Virus record (IMG/VR): IMGVR_UViG_3300045589_000107
Length of the DNA: 41,305 nt
Direction: 5' to 3' (one strand)
DNA from: a virus
In this document: positions 40,339 through 41,305 of the stretch, piece by piece
Layout of the letters: every line of letters begins with the position of its first letter
Position numbering within the stretch: position 1 is the first letter of the stretch
Notes under the pieces: model-generated
Database searches by the model: none
Seen by the model: only the letters and a program-made list of their open reading frames with translations
Told to the model about the DNA's origin: nothing
Made by a program: the position numbers and the translations under genes

Positions 40339-41305
40339 ATGAGTAATGACATTGTGTCTGTTCCACTCACCAATTTGAGTATGGACGATGCCATCACCAA
40401 TCTTGTTCCGGGAATGACCGATGAAGAGTGGAAAGACTTTTTCACCAGCTGCAAAAGGGATGGCATTCGTCAGCCAATTGATGTCCGTGATGATGGTGTG
40501 ATTCTGGATGGTCGGCATCGGTACAAAGCAGCAATCAAGTTGCACATGGAATCAATCAAGGTGATTTATCACAAGCTGACCAAAGAACAATCCATCGAGT
40601 TTGTTCGGGACACAGCTGTTAACCGGAGAAACCTAACCCCGGTACAAAAGGCTGATGTGATGCTGAAAAGTGAAGACATCATCAACGAGCTGGAGCAAGC
40701 AGCCAAGAAACGTCAGGCAGAATATCATGGAAACCGATTTGATTCAAAGAAAGTAGACTTTTCTTCCCGGGAAGAAAAGTCTAAGAGCAGCAAGATTAAT
40801 AATACTGAACAAATTGGGAAGATGGCTGGACTATCTGGCACAAGCGTATCTCGAATGAAGAAGATCAAACGGGAATCACCTGACAAATACCAAGAGGTTG
40901 TGTCTGGTACTAAGCCAATTAAAACAGCTTATAAGGAGCTTCCGTCAGTTCAGGCCCACAAGAAAGTTGTTCCTCTTGTCCCTGAAAAGCCGGTCAACGT
41001 CAACGATTATTCCGTTGATTACACCGGCATGACGCCGACGGAGGTTGCCAAGTACAAATCCATCAAGGACCCTGCACAACGGCACTTTGACTGGCTGAAC
41101 CATAAGTACCACAAGGTTGAGCAGCCAAAAACGACGGCAGACAACGTGGTTGCGAATATCAAAATGGCCGTCGAAAATTTCACTGGCACAATCAGTGTCC
41201 TTGGTCTAAATGCCACCGATCAGGTTGTGGCTGAGGGAATCAAAGAATTCCCACAAAAATACCCCGACCTAGTTAGCAGACTAGACGGGGCGCTGAAGAA
41301 ATTGA
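40339..41305 (+). CDS. ParB N-terminal domain protein with a central HTH; continues at 1..141 across the circular junction
   Basis: Open to the window end, so absent from the ORF track. Sequence is MSNDIVSVPLTNL...IDVRDDGVILDGRHRYKAAIKL...IGKMAGLSGTSVSRMKKI. Confidence 0.8.
   Translation, partial: MSNDIVSVPLTNLSMDDAITNLVPGMTDEEWKDFFTSCKRDGIRQPIDVRDDGVILDGRHRYKAAIKLHMESIKVIYHKLTKEQSIEFVRDTAVNRRNLTPVQKADVMLKSEDIINELEQAAKKRQAEYHGNRFDSKKVDFSSREEKSKSSKINNTEQIGKMAGLSGTSVSRMKKIKRESPDKYQEVVSGTKPIKTAYKELPSVQAHKKVVPLVPEKPVNVNDYSVDYTGMTPTEVAKYKSIKDPAQRHFDWLNHKYHKVEQPKTTADNVVANIKMAVENFTGTISVLGLNATDQVVAEGIKEFPQKYPDLVSRLDGALKKL
41179..41305. repeat. Second copy of the 127-bp terminal overlap
   Basis: Identical to 1..127. 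Confidence 0.95.

Larger units (their letters stand above)
1..41305 (+). mobile_element. Complete temperate siphovirus genome, circularly closed; unique length 41178 bp
   Basis: All modules are present: integrase, cI/Cro switch, ERF/SSB/DnaC-like replication genes, ArpU, HNH+TerS+TerL, HK97-type portal/protease/capsid, tail, holin/endolysin, attP-like repeats. The first 127 nt recur exactly at the 3' end. Confidence 0.9.

Noticed and set aside
1-41305. Retron, DGR, CRISPR-Cas, restriction enzyme, or toxin-antitoxin protein pairs
   Set aside because: No reverse transcriptase, Cas, restriction endonuclease or recognisable toxin domain was found in any of the listed translations. The methyltransferase appears to be an orphan.

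Overview
The window is a complete, circularly closed genome of a temperate siphovirus. The first 127 nt are repeated exactly at 41179..41305, so the unique length is 41178 bp. From recall only, unverified, the gene content resembles temperate phages of the Lacticaseibacillus casei/paracasei/rhamnosus group.

Gene order on the + strand:
- Early: two ParB-like genes, then a recombination and replication module (DUF771, DUF1351, ERF, HNH/DUF968-like, replisome organizer, DnaC-like loader, SSB, frameshifted RusA, dUTPase, YopX, small unknowns).
- Late regulation: an ArpU-type late regulator, then an activator-type late promoter with six 11-bp phased repeats.
- Late leader: about 435 nt, ORF-poor, carrying two tRNA-like elements.
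- Accessory cluster: Dam-like methyltransferase with an in-frame LQQ tandem repeat, an HTH-metallophosphoesterase, a small membrane protein, and an NrdH-like redoxin.
- Cos-type packaging set: HNH, P27-type TerS, TerL.
- Head: HK97-type portal, ClpP protease and capsid.
- Tail and lysis: tail genes, holin and endolysin.

The lysogeny module is on the - strand: integrase, a bPH/SHOCT protein and a cI-like repressor. It faces a Cro-like gene across a compact switch.

Most unusual observations:
1. Four promoter-to-terminator non-coding units sit between the endolysin and attP. Three carry a shared UCCCCC element.
2. A degenerate tRNA with an 8-nt anticodon loop and an acceptor/T-arm minihelix lie in the late leader.
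3. The repeat-bearing methyltransferase also has a G8 tract in motif I.
4. A reverse-oriented gene is embedded in the early operon.
5. rusA is split by a +1 frame change.
6. The tail chaperone extension lies in the +1 rather than the -1 frame.

No CRISPR array, reverse transcriptase, rRNA or transposase was seen. No database search was run. All family assignments rest on motifs read from the translations.
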